From contig JAMOOZ010000064.1 of NCBI GenBank assembly GCA_027064885.1, positions 1-55,488 of the forward strand: a stretch of 55,488 nucleotides of DNA, in the 5' to 3' direction. Under the pieces are notes generated by a model. The model searched no databases and had not been told where the DNA came from. It saw nothing but the letters and a program-made list of their open reading frames with translations. The DNA is from Desulfurococcales archaeon. Its GTDB lineage: Archaea > Thermoproteota > Thermoprotei_A > Sulfolobales > NBVN01. Both the position numbers and the translations under genes were made by a program. Each line of letters starts with the position of its first letter. The stretch's first letter is position 1. This document shows positions 35,508 through 45,107 of this stretch, piece by piece.

Positions 35508-35633
35508 CCACTATCGACCCTCACAAGTATTGCTACTAATTCTTAGAGGAGTTACGCTTACACCTATAGAGGCTTGTATCTACATAGTTAAAGCTTTATA
35601 CGATACCCGCACTCACAAAGAGGGTGACTCACA

Positions 35634-36680
35634 ATGAGAGGAGTAAGTACTCTGCGTAGAGTAGTGGCTACTACCCTTACGATTGCAGTACTCGCAACAG
35701 TATTCATAATGTCGCTTCAAACGAATGCAACTCAGTGGAGGTGGGAAACCGTAACCTCCTTAAAGGATCCTGCGGGCGACGATAAGGGCATGGGGAATTA
35801 CGTTTACCCTGAATCCAGCGAATTTCAGAAAGGTGTGCTCGACCTTACGGGCTTTATAGCCAAGTTTAACAGGGGGTACGGTATTCAGTTCGTAGTTAAC
35901 TTATCTAAGATAGGAGGTAACCCAAGGAACTTTAATGCCGGTTTCAGCCTTCAGGAAATCCAAATATATGTTCACGCCAAGGATGGTGTGCCCGGAAGCA
36001 TAAACACGTATGGGCTCAACGTCGTTGTTAGGGGACCTGATGCGTGGCAATTCGCTGTAATAGCCCCGGCGTACGCACCTCCATGGAACGCCGCGATGGT
36101 GCTTATTTACGCTAACGGCACCGTGGTTAAGGACCCTGAAGGCGCTAACATTAGCGTAGAAGGTAACTCAATAGTGATTAACATCCCGATGAAGTATGTG
36201 AAGAGCTGGAGTGACAACATGAAGTACTGGAGGTACTTCGTCGCAGTGACACCCTTCAACCCTAAGGAACCTTTCGGCGTCATGCGCCTAAGCACGACAC
36301 CAGGCAAGGAAGTCATCGGTAGCGTCAGCCCATTGATGCTGGGTGCAGGAGTAGCACCGAAAATCATGGACTTATTAGCCCCTAACGCGTCCGCACAGTA
36401 CCTGATGCTTAAGTCGTGTAACATCCCAAGCGGTTCTCCTGCAGTAGTTGCGGCAGTCCCGTACGCTCAGAGCTACGTACTGCCTCAGCCCGTGAAGACC
36501 GCCACGACAACAGTAACTAAAACCACGTCCACCACAGTAACGCATTATGAGTACAGCACCATAACAACAACCATTACTAAACTACGCGAGTACTACGGCT
36601 CAATGACCTGGGGATTAATGGGGCTAGTAATCCTGCTCGCGATCGCGCTCGCAGTGTTACTGGAGAGGAGCAGAAAATAA
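35634..36680 (+). CDS. Secreted, C-terminally anchored protein with a glucodextranase-C-like domain and a Thr-rich stalk
   Basis: N-terminal signal/TM segment, DPAGDDKGMGNYVYP...LDLTGF motif, the stalk TATTTVTKTTSTTVTHYEYSTITTTITK, and a C-terminal TM helix followed by RSRK. Confidence 0.6.
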   Translation: MRGVSTLRRVVATTLTIAVLATVFIMSLQTNATQWRWETVTSLKDPAGDDKGMGNYVYPESSEFQKGVLDLTGFIAKFNRGYGIQFVVNLSKIGGNPRNFNAGFSLQEIQIYVHAKDGVPGSINTYGLNVVVRGPDAWQFAVIAPAYAPPWNAAMVLIYANGTVVKDPEGANISVEGNSIVINIPMKYVKSWSDNMKYWRYFVAVTPFNPKEPFGVMRLSTTPGKEVIGSVSPLMLGAGVAPKIMDLLAPNASAQYLMLKSCNIPSGSPAVVAAVPYAQSYVLPQPVKTATTTVTKTTSTTVTHYEYSTITTTITKLREYYGSMTWGLMGLVILLAIALAVLLERSRK

Positions 36681-36788
36681 GGGTTCTTTTCCACATGCTG
36701 TTGGACTACCGCGGTAACATCACATGTGATTGCTACGTTGTTTCTGTTTATTACTTATATTAAGTAGTGTATACTTGGTGCAGAGATC

Positions 36789-39173
36789 ATGCTTAGATTC
36801 TACCTTCTAGACACGAGTTATGAAGTTCTAGGGAAAACACCTGTAGTGCTCATTTGGGCAATCAAGGATGACGGCACGCCAATACTAATCAAGGATGATT
36901 CCTTCAGACCATACTTTTATGCTTTACTTGAGGATAGTGCCGACGCCGAAGAGATTGCTGGGAGAGTTAAGTCCCTCAGCCGGGCTGCCTCACCCATAAT
37001 CAGTGTAGAGGTGGTTAGTAGGAAGTACTACGGTAAGCCAGTTAAGGCCTTAAAGATAACCACTCAGATCCCCGAGTATGTCCGGACCTACAGAGAGGAA
37101 GTTAAGAGCTTGAAGGGCGTGAAGGAAGTTCTGGAGGCAGACATTAGGTTTGCTATGAGGTACATCATCGATAAGGACCTCTCCCCCTGTACGTGGTACG
37201 AGGTCGAGGCTGAAGGCCCGTTCAAGGACGAGAAATACAGGGTGAAAGAGGTTTACAGAGTAAGTAACCCAGAATACAGGTCCCTACCGAAGAAGAAGTT
37301 TCCACCTAAGCTTAAGATACTTGCCTTCGATACTGAGGTTTATAACCCAGCCGGTGCCCCCAGGAGCGATAAGGATCCAGTAATAATAGTTTCACTCATG
37401 AACTCTGAAGGTGAGATTAAGCTACTAACAGCCTCTGAAGGATCTAAAGGAGACCATGGACTCCTCAAGAAATTCAGGGATTACATGCTAACATACGACC
37501 CGGACATTATCGTCGGATACAACACTAACGGGTTTGACTGGCCCTACCTGCTTGAGCGCTCGAAGATCTTGGGTGTGAGGCTTGATGTGGGGAGAGTTAA
37601 GAACACATCCCCAAGAACGTCCGCATACGGTCATATCTCTGTACCAGGCAGGCTTAACGTTGATCTCTATGACTTTGCTGAGGAGCTTTATGAAGTTAAG
37701 ATAAAGTCACTCGATGAGGTTGCTGACTACCTAGGGGTTATGAAGAAGAGTGAAAGAACCCACGTACCTTGGTATGAGATCTACAAGTACTGGGACGACC
37801 CCGAAAAAAGGAAAACCCTTCTCAAGTATGCACAGGACGATGTAGTGTCGGCAATGGGCCTCGCCGATAAGTTCTTGCCCTTCGCCATGCAACTCTCAAG
37901 CCTTACTGGCCTGCCTCTAGACCAGGTTGGTGCGGCCTCAGTAGGGTTCAGGCTCGAGTGGTACTTAATCAGGGCTGCATACAAGTCAAAAGAACTTGTC
38001 CCTAACAGGGTTGAGAGGCCTTATGAGCCGTACAAGGGTGCTATTGTGCTCGAGCCAATTAAGGGTGTGCATGAGAATGTGGCTGTCCTTGACTTCTCGT
38101 CGATGTATCCCAACCTAATGATTAAGTACAACATCGGACCCGACACGTTCGTAACGAATGAATGTAGTGAAGATGAATGCTACATCATACCAGGCCTTGG
38201 ATATAAGTTCAGGAAGGAGCCCCCTGGATTCTTCAAGAGTGTCCTTCAAACGCTACTAGCCTTGCGCAAGAAGGTCAAGGAGGAAATGAAGGCATACCCG
38301 CCTGACTCACCGGAGTACAGGCTACTTAACGAGAGGCAGAAGGCGTTAAAGGTGCTTGCTAATGCATCCTACGGATACATGGGGTGGGTCGGTGCTAGGT
38401 GGTACTTCCGGGAAGGAGCTGAGGCCGTGACTGCCTTAGGAAGAGCAACAATCATGCAGGCAATAAGGATAGCTAAGTCGTTAGGGCTCAAGGTGATCTA
38501 CGGGGACACCGACTCACTCTTCGTGAGTTACGATAAGTCTAAGGTTGAGGAATTCGTTAAGCGTATTGAGAAGGAACTTGGCTTAGAAATAAAGATTGAC
38601 AAGATATATAGAAGGGTATTCTTCACAGAAGCCAAGAAGAGGTATGTGGGCCTCACTGAGGACGGCAGGATAGACATAGTCGGGTTCGAGGCCGTCCGCG
38701 GTGACTGGACCGACATAGCTAAGGAAGTTCAGGAGGAGGTGGCTAAAATAGTCTTATCGACCGGAGGAACAAAGGAAGCCATAGAGTATGTAAGGAAAGT
38801 GATAAAGAGGTTAAGGTCAGGGAGAATACCTATAGAGAAACTAATAATATGGAAGTCGATTACTAGAAAACTCGAAGAGTATTCTGTTGACGCGCCACAT
38901 GTTGCCGCAGCAAGGAGACTTCAGAAAATGGGGATTAAGGTCGATGTTGGAAGTAAGGTGGGGTACGTGGTTGTTAAAGGTAGTGGAAACATATCCTCAA
39001 GAGCTTACCCGTATATGATGGTTAAGCCCAGCGACGTTGATGTGGAGTACTACGTAAAACACCAGATACTCCCTGCCGCACTCAGAATACTGTCATACTT
39101 CGGGGTGACTGAAAAACAGCTTGAGGTCGCAGGTAAGGGTATGAAGACGTTAATGGATTTCATGAAGAAGTAG
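36789..39173 (+). CDS. polB: Family B DNA polymerase
   Basis: Exo I FDTEV, LDFSSMYPNLM, KVLANASYGYMG and YGDTDSLF. 794 aa with no intein. Confidence 0.9.
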   Translation: MLRFYLLDTSYEVLGKTPVVLIWAIKDDGTPILIKDDSFRPYFYALLEDSADAEEIAGRVKSLSRAASPIISVEVVSRKYYGKPVKALKITTQIPEYVRTYREEVKSLKGVKEVLEADIRFAMRYIIDKDLSPCTWYEVEAEGPFKDEKYRVKEVYRVSNPEYRSLPKKKFPPKLKILAFDTEVYNPAGAPRSDKDPVIIVSLMNSEGEIKLLTASEGSKGDHGLLKKFRDYMLTYDPDIIVGYNTNGFDWPYLLERSKILGVRLDVGRVKNTSPRTSAYGHISVPGRLNVDLYDFAEELYEVKIKSLDEVADYLGVMKKSERTHVPWYEIYKYWDDPEKRKTLLKYAQDDVVSAMGLADKFLPFAMQLSSLTGLPLDQVGAASVGFRLEWYLIRAAYKSKELVPNRVERPYEPYKGAIVLEPIKGVHENVAVLDFSSMYPNLMIKYNIGPDTFVTNECSEDECYIIPGLGYKFRKEPPGFFKSVLQTLLALRKKVKEEMKAYPPDSPEYRLLNERQKALKVLANASYGYMGWVGARWYFREGAEAVTALGRATIMQAIRIAKSLGLKVIYGDTDSLFVSYDKSKVEEFVKRIEKELGLEIKIDKIYRRVFFTEAKKRYVGLTEDGRIDIVGFEAVRGDWTDIAKEVQEEVAKIVLSTGGTKEAIEYVRKVIKRLRSGRIPIEKLIIWKSITRKLEEYSVDAPHVAAARRLQKMGIKVDVGSKVGYVVVKGSGNISSRAYPYMMVKPSDVDVEYYVKHQILPAALRILSYFGVTEKQLEVAGKGMKTLMDFMKK

Positions 39174-39178
39174 CAGCA

Positions 39179-40375
39179 TTATTTTATCAGGTCATCAAAC
39201 GTTAGTATTACCGTGCCTGCCGGTTTCTTAGTTATTGTTGCGACCCTAGCACCTACTATGACTCTCACACCCTTAACGGAGCAGGCGTCTGCAACTCTCT
39301 GCGTGACTATCCCATCCATAATGACAGCATAGACATTCTTGTCAGTCGTAACTAGGTAATCAACTATGTCCTTGACAGGGATCCTCTCTATAGGCTCCCA
39401 CTTATCATTGTATATTATTGCCTCGAGTGTACCACGTAGTGACTCCATGTCCTTTAGGACTCGTGTAGGTATCTGGAAGGTCTCCATTACCTCCGGTTTC
39501 GGCGTGACGGCGGTCTCCGGGAGGGTCATCGTCTTACCTACCTCCTGCGCTTTCCTTGCAACCTGTAGTTGCTGTAGATATGTCTGCACGGGGACAGCGT
39601 TCTTCAATGCTTTCGCTATTTCCTTACCAGTCAGGTCTTCAACTTCTCTTCCTGGTGGTGCCCTAGCTACGTAATCCACCTTGGCAACCCGTAGGAGTTC
39701 CTTAAGTATGAGGTCTCCAGCATGATCGCCGTCTAGGAATGCTATAGTTCTCCTCTTTCTAGACAATTTCACTACCGTATCAGGTATTTTTCCTTTAGCT
39801 CCTTCAATGGCGATCGCGTTCTTGTAACCATACTTGAGTAGGTTGATTACGTCAGCCCTACCCTCAACGATTATTAGTGTATCGGACTTATCTACTTCAG
39901 GTCCTGCCACTAACCCCTCTGGCCCGTACTTTATGATTCCTCCAGCCTTCACAGAACTCTCTATTTCATTCAACACCTCACGCACGTCAACAGTCTTTTC
40001 ACGGAACCACTTCTCTAAGATCTCCTTAGCGCGTTCAGTGATCTTCTTGATCTTCTCATACCTTAGATCCACTATATCTACTACCTGTATCCGAGCATTA
40101 AATGGCCCCACTTTGTCTACCATCTCCAGCATTGCTGCAACTAGTGCTGTCTCCGCCTTATCAAGGTTGGAAGGTATCAGTATTTCTCCGAAGGTTTTCC
40201 CGCCTTGGTGTTTGATGTCCACTGATATCCTGCCTATCCTGCCTTTATCTTGCAATTCCCTTAGGTCGAAGTCAGGTCCGAAGAGACCCTCTGTTTGACC
40301 GAATATGGCTCCGATTATATCTGATTTTTCGACCATACCATCTACTTCTATCTTGGCTCTGATCATGTACTTCAT
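39179..40375 (-). CDS. dnaG: Archaeal DnaG (Toprim protein, exosome-associated primase homologue)
   Basis: The N-terminus MKYMIRAKIEVDGMVEKSDIIGAIFGQTEGLFG and the Toprim segment IIVEGRADVINLLKYG...FLDGDHAGD. Confidence 0.85.
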   Translation of the reverse strand: MKYMIRAKIEVDGMVEKSDIIGAIFGQTEGLFGPDFDLRELQDKGRIGRISVDIKHQGGKTFGEILIPSNLDKAETALVAAMLEMVDKVGPFNARIQVVDIVDLRYEKIKKITERAKEILEKWFREKTVDVREVLNEIESSVKAGGIIKYGPEGLVAGPEVDKSDTLIIVEGRADVINLLKYGYKNAIAIEGAKGKIPDTVVKLSRKRRTIAFLDGDHAGDLILKELLRVAKVDYVARAPPGREVEDLTGKEIAKALKNAVPVQTYLQQLQVARKAQEVGKTMTLPETAVTPKPEVMETFQIPTRVLKDMESLRGTLEAIIYNDKWEPIERIPVKDIVDYLVTTDKNVYAVIMDGIVTQRVADACSVKGVRVIVGARVATITKKPAGTVILTFDDLIK

Positions 40376-40517
40376 GTGAGCATCACCTCTTACGATGATG
40401 ATTGATGAGTATCCACGATAGTTACACGTCAGAGTAAATAAGCTAATTATGTTTTCATCTCCTGTTCTTTAAAGGAGCGCTCAATGATCCTTCAGCCCCA
40501 TAAGCAAACACCGCTTT

Positions 40518-40724
40518 ATGCAATCCGTCATTGATATTAGGAGTGATTCGAAGTATGTCATGCAGGGTGTCTTCTTGAGTGAGAGTGAAGTAAGTTACTA
40601 TGACAGAACACATGCGCGGAGGAAATGCCGTGAGCTGTGTGCGGAGTACGGTTTCTCTGGTGATGCATTCAATAACTGTGTCAGTGCTTGCCTAAAGGAG
40701 CTTTTGAGAAAGAAGAATCTTTAA
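40518..40724 (+). CDS. Small hypothetical protein with a twin CX3C motif
   Basis: 68-aa ORF in an otherwise non-coding, IS-scarred interval. It contains KCRELC-x12-CVSAC. There is no other support. Confidence 0.25.
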   Translation: MQSVIDIRSDSKYVMQGVFLSESEVSYYDRTHARRKCRELCAEYGFSGDAFNNCVSACLKELLRKKNL

Positions 40725-40841
40725 CGCGGTTAAAGTTTTAAGGAATAATATGCTAATCAAGGATAACAGTGTGTTTTAAATGGAGAAACCTCGGTGTGGA
40801 TGGGTTCGCCTCTTTATATTTGTATGTTTTTATATGAATTG

Positions 40842-41790
40842 TCATTGGTTCATATATTTATGCCCATTCTTCAGTTGGGCTTCATCCGTCACCGAGTGAG
40901 CGCCCCACGCCCCAGGTCGTGGGGCTAAAGCTTGAATTACTTTAAGATAAATATTCATTGCTCCAACAGTTTCTCAGTCACCCGTGAACCCACATCTAGG
41001 ACATATAGCTAATCTATGATTGTAGTTTAGTTTAGCTCTACATTTTGGACATATCTATTATTGAGGTGCTTCTTGGGTCTACAAAGACTAATGGCACACC
41101 ATGTTCTATAGCCTTTATTATGATTAGTTAATTGTAACTTCCTATAGGCGAATCTAGTTGAGTTGACTTATCAGCTAGTGTCTTGGATTTTTGTGAAGAG
41201 TTAAAAAACATAGCTTCTCAAGGTTCTCCTAGAACTATTATACTCCTAGTCCCCTTTAGCTTTAAGCACGATATATTTAGCGAACTTCCTTGACCAGTCA
41301 ACTACTATGTTCCTACTCCTCCTATGAAGTGCTCTTATAATCTCTAGCCACTTGTCATTCCTCCAAGCATAACTATGACGTTTCTGACCTCTTCAGCAAG
41401 ATGTTTAAGATATAATGCCTCAATAAACCTAGTGTTCATCCTTCTAATACCTCCGCCGTTATAGACTACTATGACCACTATCTTCTTCAAATTAATGCCT
41501 AGGGAGAAAAACCCTCTTAGGCTTGTAGGGTTTGTACTCTCATCTAAAAAGTATGCTTACCCATATTCTTCCATGCTTACCAATACCTATTACTACCTCA
41601 TACCAATTCCTCCCCACGAACTTCCTTACATACTCTTTACCGTGTTGAAGCTTTATCTTGAATACCTTATTCCTTAACGTCATTTTTCACAAAGCATCTA
41701 TAACGTATTGAACAGTTCTTCTCTTAGCTTCTCCAGAGAACCTTCTATTAACTCTCCTCTTGCTTTAAGTTAGCATGTATTCTCAATGCG
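40842..41790 (-). pseudogene. tnpB: IS200/IS605-family tnpB (orfB) remnant
   Basis: Minus-strand fragments are spread over several frames: MTLRNKVFKIKLQHGKEY...; GFFSLGINLKKIVV; GVPLVFVDPRSTSII; ICPKCRAKLNYNHRLAICPRCGFTGD*ETVGAMNIYLK, with a TGA at 40974-40976 where the DRD Arg is expected. The tail runs to 40842. Confidence 0.7.
40902..40925. repeat. Perfect 8-bp stem / 8-nt loop hairpin inside the tnpB 3' region
   Basis: GCCCCACG-ccccaggt-CGTGGGGC. Confidence 0.5.
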
Positions 41791-42111
41791 AGTGTTATGC
41801 CAGTAGCTATATCTAATTGCCTTACCATGAAGAGGTCGCGGGCAAGCGTAGTCCAGGAGATTCTCGGGAACGAGGACTCATTAAAGCTACTTGAGGAGTT
41901 CGTCAAAAAGTGATCATTGGTGAACGAGAGGTTAGTGAGGCATTATGTGCTCTATGTAGGGGACTCACAAACTGTGAAGCAATGAGGAGGATTATGTGCC
42001 TAAGTAGGTCTCCTAAGTTTTTTAACCAAGATAGAGAACTACGGAACACCTACGCGTCTTATGTAAGAATTAGGTTATATTGGTGACCCCTACTAAGTTT
42101 TAGGTGTCTAA

Positions 42112-43548
42112 TTGAAGCCCTCCAGCATAACAAAGGCAATTTGTGGTTTAATAACTGTGCTGGGCGGCCTCATGCTTACCGTACCTTTTATTGATTATGT
42201 TTATCACGAACCCATTAGCGAGTGTTTTCTGATCGCAGGTATCTTACTACTGAGTGTAGGATCCTTACTAGGACGTATAAAGGCTGAACCGCTAACAACA
42301 CTTGAAGCCTTAGTTACAGCTGCAATAGCTTGGATCATAATACCGCTGATATCGGCAATTGTGCTTGCGTTACAAATAAACGTGAGCTTCGTGGATGCCC
42401 TTTTCGAGTCCGTTAGCGGGTTCACCGGTACGGGATTCACCGTTTTAACTCCGTCTCATTTGAAGCATTCAATAATTTTCTGGAGATCAGTCATGCAGTG
42501 GACGGGCGAGCTAGGATTTGTTGTCTTCGCTATGGTGCTAATACCTTACTTTTATAAAATAGCAAGGACACTTTACGGGATAGAGCGCCCAGTAAAGTTG
42601 GAGACAACGTTTTACAGGACAGCCATTAGGTTAATACTCATTTACTTACTTCTAACGGTTCTTGGTACAGCAGCGTATGTATTGACTGGCATGCCATTCT
42701 TTGAGGCGCTAAACCACGTAATGACCACCGTGGCTACGGGGGGCATGTCTACTTACGATAACGGATATAACATGATCTATGCTTATGCTCCTGCAACTTA
42801 CTGGCCTTTCATAGTGTTCATGATCTTAGGAGGCATGAACTTCATAGACTTGTACTCCATTTTTAGTGGAAAGATAAAGAGGCTACTTACTTCTGAAGAG
42901 TTTCATTACTATATTGGTTCATTAATATTCATCTCGGTTCTTGTTTCGCTTTCTTATTATTATGCTGAAGGCATGAGGAATTGGAACGATGCGTTCAGAG
43001 TAGGGTTCTTTAACACTATCTCAGGAATGACTACTACTGGTTTCAATATTGGCTCATTAACTAATCTTAAGGACGTTACGAAGGCTCTAATAACTGTGGG
43101 TATGTTTATTGGGGGTATGACCTTCTCAACGGCAGGCGGAATCAAGAGTTTAAGACTAATGCTATTTATGAAGAAACTGAAACATTACGTTCAATCAATG
43201 ATCTCACCATCCTCTGTAGTGAGAGCAATATCAGCACGAGGAAAGAGCATTAGCGATGCCGACATAGCAGCAGCACTGCTCTTTATAGTGGTTCACGGCA
43301 TTGTAGTTGTTTCGGCAGCGTTAGCAATATCAGCGTATGGGTATTCCTTTACTGACGCGCTGTTCGAGTCTACCTCAGCGGCCAGCTGTGTAGGGCTAAG
43401 CGTTAACGTTGTTTCAAGTACTGCACCCACTGGTGTTAAACTAATAATAACGGCCACCATGTTGATGGGAAGAATAGAGTATCTTAATGTGTTCCTGCTG
43501 TTGGCGCTGATATTTGGTAGGAAGACAATAGCCCTCACACAACAGTAA
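42112..43548 (+). CDS. trkH: TrkH/KtrB-type potassium uptake membrane subunit
   Basis: 478 aa and polytopic, with repeated selectivity-filter-like segments (SGFTGTGFT, ATGGMST, SGMTTTGFN, SCVGLS). Confidence 0.85.
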   Translation: MKPSSITKAICGLITVLGGLMLTVPFIDYVYHEPISECFLIAGILLLSVGSLLGRIKAEPLTTLEALVTAAIAWIIIPLISAIVLALQINVSFVDALFESVSGFTGTGFTVLTPSHLKHSIIFWRSVMQWTGELGFVVFAMVLIPYFYKIARTLYGIERPVKLETTFYRTAIRLILIYLLLTVLGTAAYVLTGMPFFEALNHVMTTVATGGMSTYDNGYNMIYAYAPATYWPFIVFMILGGMNFIDLYSIFSGKIKRLLTSEEFHYYIGSLIFISVLVSLSYYYAEGMRNWNDAFRVGFFNTISGMTTTGFNIGSLTNLKDVTKALITVGMFIGGMTFSTAGGIKSLRLMLFMKKLKHYVQSMISPSSVVRAISARGKSISDADIAAALLFIVVHGIVVVSAALAISAYGYSFTDALFESTSAASCVGLSVNVVSSTAPTGVKLIITATMLMGRIEYLNVFLLLALIFGRKTIALTQQ

Positions 43549-43625
43549 CTCCCGCGCATCAAAATCACTACCTTTAGCAAAGCATTATTAATTCAGGGTC
43601 ATTATAATCAGCTTAGGGAGAGCAG

Positions 43626-44270
43626 TTGAGGATCTTGGTAATAGGGGGTGGGGGAGTAACAGAGGAGCTACTACGCGTAATTAACTTGAAGCGCAATCAA
43701 GTAGTAGTTATTGAGAAAAACCCAGAACGGTGCTCATTACTCAGTAGTCAATACGACGTATTAGTAATTAATAAAGACGCAACCGATGTTTCCGTTTACA
43801 CGTCAGACATTCCAATGAGCGAGTTTGACGCTGTTCTCGCACTAACCAATAAGGATGAAGTCAATATCTTCGCATTAACTGTCGCGAAACTTTATAAGAT
43901 ACCATTCCGCCTAGCAAGGGTAAAGAACCCTAAAGTCGCCGAATTAATCACTCAACTCGATCTTGGGGTATCAATAACCCTGCCTTCCGTAATAGCCGAT
44001 GTAGTGCGATCCTACTTAGAAGCACTTAATGAGCCGAAGAGGCTCGCCTCATTCAAAGACTTCAACTTATATATGCTAACGCTTTCTGAAACCGATAAAG
44101 TTGTGAATAAACGAGTTAAGGACTTGGAACTCCCGGAGGATGTTGACATACTATTAATATTCGACGGAACAGGGTTTAAGGTGCCCCATAAGGATGATGT
44201 TTTGCTTAACGGATATCAACTCTTGGTTGTATCTCGCGGTAGTGACGTGGTTAAGGTCTTCAAGGGTTAG
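43626..44270 (+). CDS. trkA: TrkA-type K+ transport regulatory subunit (RCK: TrkA-N + TrkA-C)
   Basis: ILVIGGGGVTEEL Rossmann motif, a C-terminal RCK_C-like domain, and a TTG start. Confidence 0.8.
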   Translation: MRILVIGGGGVTEELLRVINLKRNQVVVIEKNPERCSLLSSQYDVLVINKDATDVSVYTSDIPMSEFDAVLALTNKDEVNIFALTVAKLYKIPFRLARVKNPKVAELITQLDLGVSITLPSVIADVVRSYLEALNEPKRLASFKDFNLYMLTLSETDKVVNKRVKDLELPEDVDILLIFDGTGFKVPHKDDVLLNGYQLLVVSRGSDVVKVFKG

Positions 44271-44283
44271 GGGGACGCCTGAA

Positions 44284-45078
44284 ATGCCTGAATTATTTAA
44301 TCTGACAAGCTGGTCAACGAATTCCTCGGCCTTCGAAGAGTGGATCATATATGTCTTCATATTCATTGCAGTAGTGTTACTTATCCGCTACTTAATATCG
44401 TGGTTTGTCTCAACATTACGCCAGAGAGGTATAATATCAGCTGGCACGAGATCCATGCTCGTAAGGATTTTAGACCTAGTAGTAATAATTGTTATTATAC
44501 TAGGTGTTACGGAATCCTTAACAGCTTCACTTACACCTTACATTGTCGTTATAGCTTTGGGCATAGTATTATTCATCCTATTCTACTATGAGATAAGAGA
44601 GTTTACAGCGTTCATAACGATCCAGCTTCAGAAATATGCACGAGGCACGTGGATAGAGGTGTATTTGCCAGGGCAGATAAGGCCAATTAGAGGAAGAATA
44701 ATCGATATTGAGCCCTTCAACTCGGTTCTCGAGGATCTTTATGGAAGTAGAGTATACTTAGCTAACTCGGTACTTGTTAATGCATTGATAAGAGAGTACA
44801 CACCATGTGTTACGATGAGAATAAGCATAGACCAACCTCAAAGCATAACATTAGACGATATGCTGAGCGTCATAAAGGACGCAATAAGGGGTACGCCCTT
44901 CAGAATGGATGAAACTAGGACACCCATAAATTCCATCGGAGGAAATCGCTTAACGTTTACGTTAAGGCTAATACCGCTATCAACGCCAGTGAGGTCAACT
45001 GACCTCTATAAGCTCATGCGCAGAATCAGTAACGTTCTATCCAATTATAACCCCTACATCGAGATACTTGAGAAGTAA
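44284..45078 (+). CDS. MscS-like mechanosensitive channel
   Basis: TM helices followed by a beta-domain pattern: GTWIEVYLPGQIRPIRGRIIDIEPFNSVLEDLYGSRVYLANSVLVNALIREY. Start trimmed to the ATG at 44284. Confidence 0.6.
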   Translation: MPELFNLTSWSTNSSAFEEWIIYVFIFIAVVLLIRYLISWFVSTLRQRGIISAGTRSMLVRILDLVVIIVIILGVTESLTASLTPYIVVIALGIVLFILFYYEIREFTAFITIQLQKYARGTWIEVYLPGQIRPIRGRIIDIEPFNSVLEDLYGSRVYLANSVLVNALIREYTPCVTMRISIDQPQSITLDDMLSVIKDAIRGTPFRMDETRTPINSIGGNRLTFTLRLIPLSTPVRSTDLYKLMRRISNVLSNYNPYIEILEK

Positions 45079-45107
45079 CCTTGCAGACGAATACCGTTTC
45101 ACTAAGC

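Noticed and set aside
36789-39173. Checked the family B polymerase for inteins or a split gene.
   Set aside because: The 794-aa sequence is continuous, with motifs at normal spacing.
39834-40298. The 154-aa plus-strand ORF, along with similar antisense ORFs inside dnaG, the helicases, the antiporter and srp54.
   Set aside because: All lie wholly inside strongly supported genes on the opposite strand and have a biased Ser/Leu/Thr composition.
40394-40440. ATGATGATTGATGAG looked like tandem C/C' boxes of a C/D sRNA.
   Set aside because: There is no CUGA D box downstream on that strand, only GTCAGA. The spacing is not compatible with a guide architecture.
41471-41677. The 68-aa plus-strand ORF.
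   Set aside because: It lies antisense within the decayed tnpB. Its composition and context do not support a gene.
41800-42110. Short plus-strand ORFs (MKRSRASVVQEILGNEDSLKLLEEFVKK and following fragments) considered as a second IS gene or an antitoxin.
   Set aside because: They are too short and interrupted, and I recognise no family. They may be more debris from the same element.
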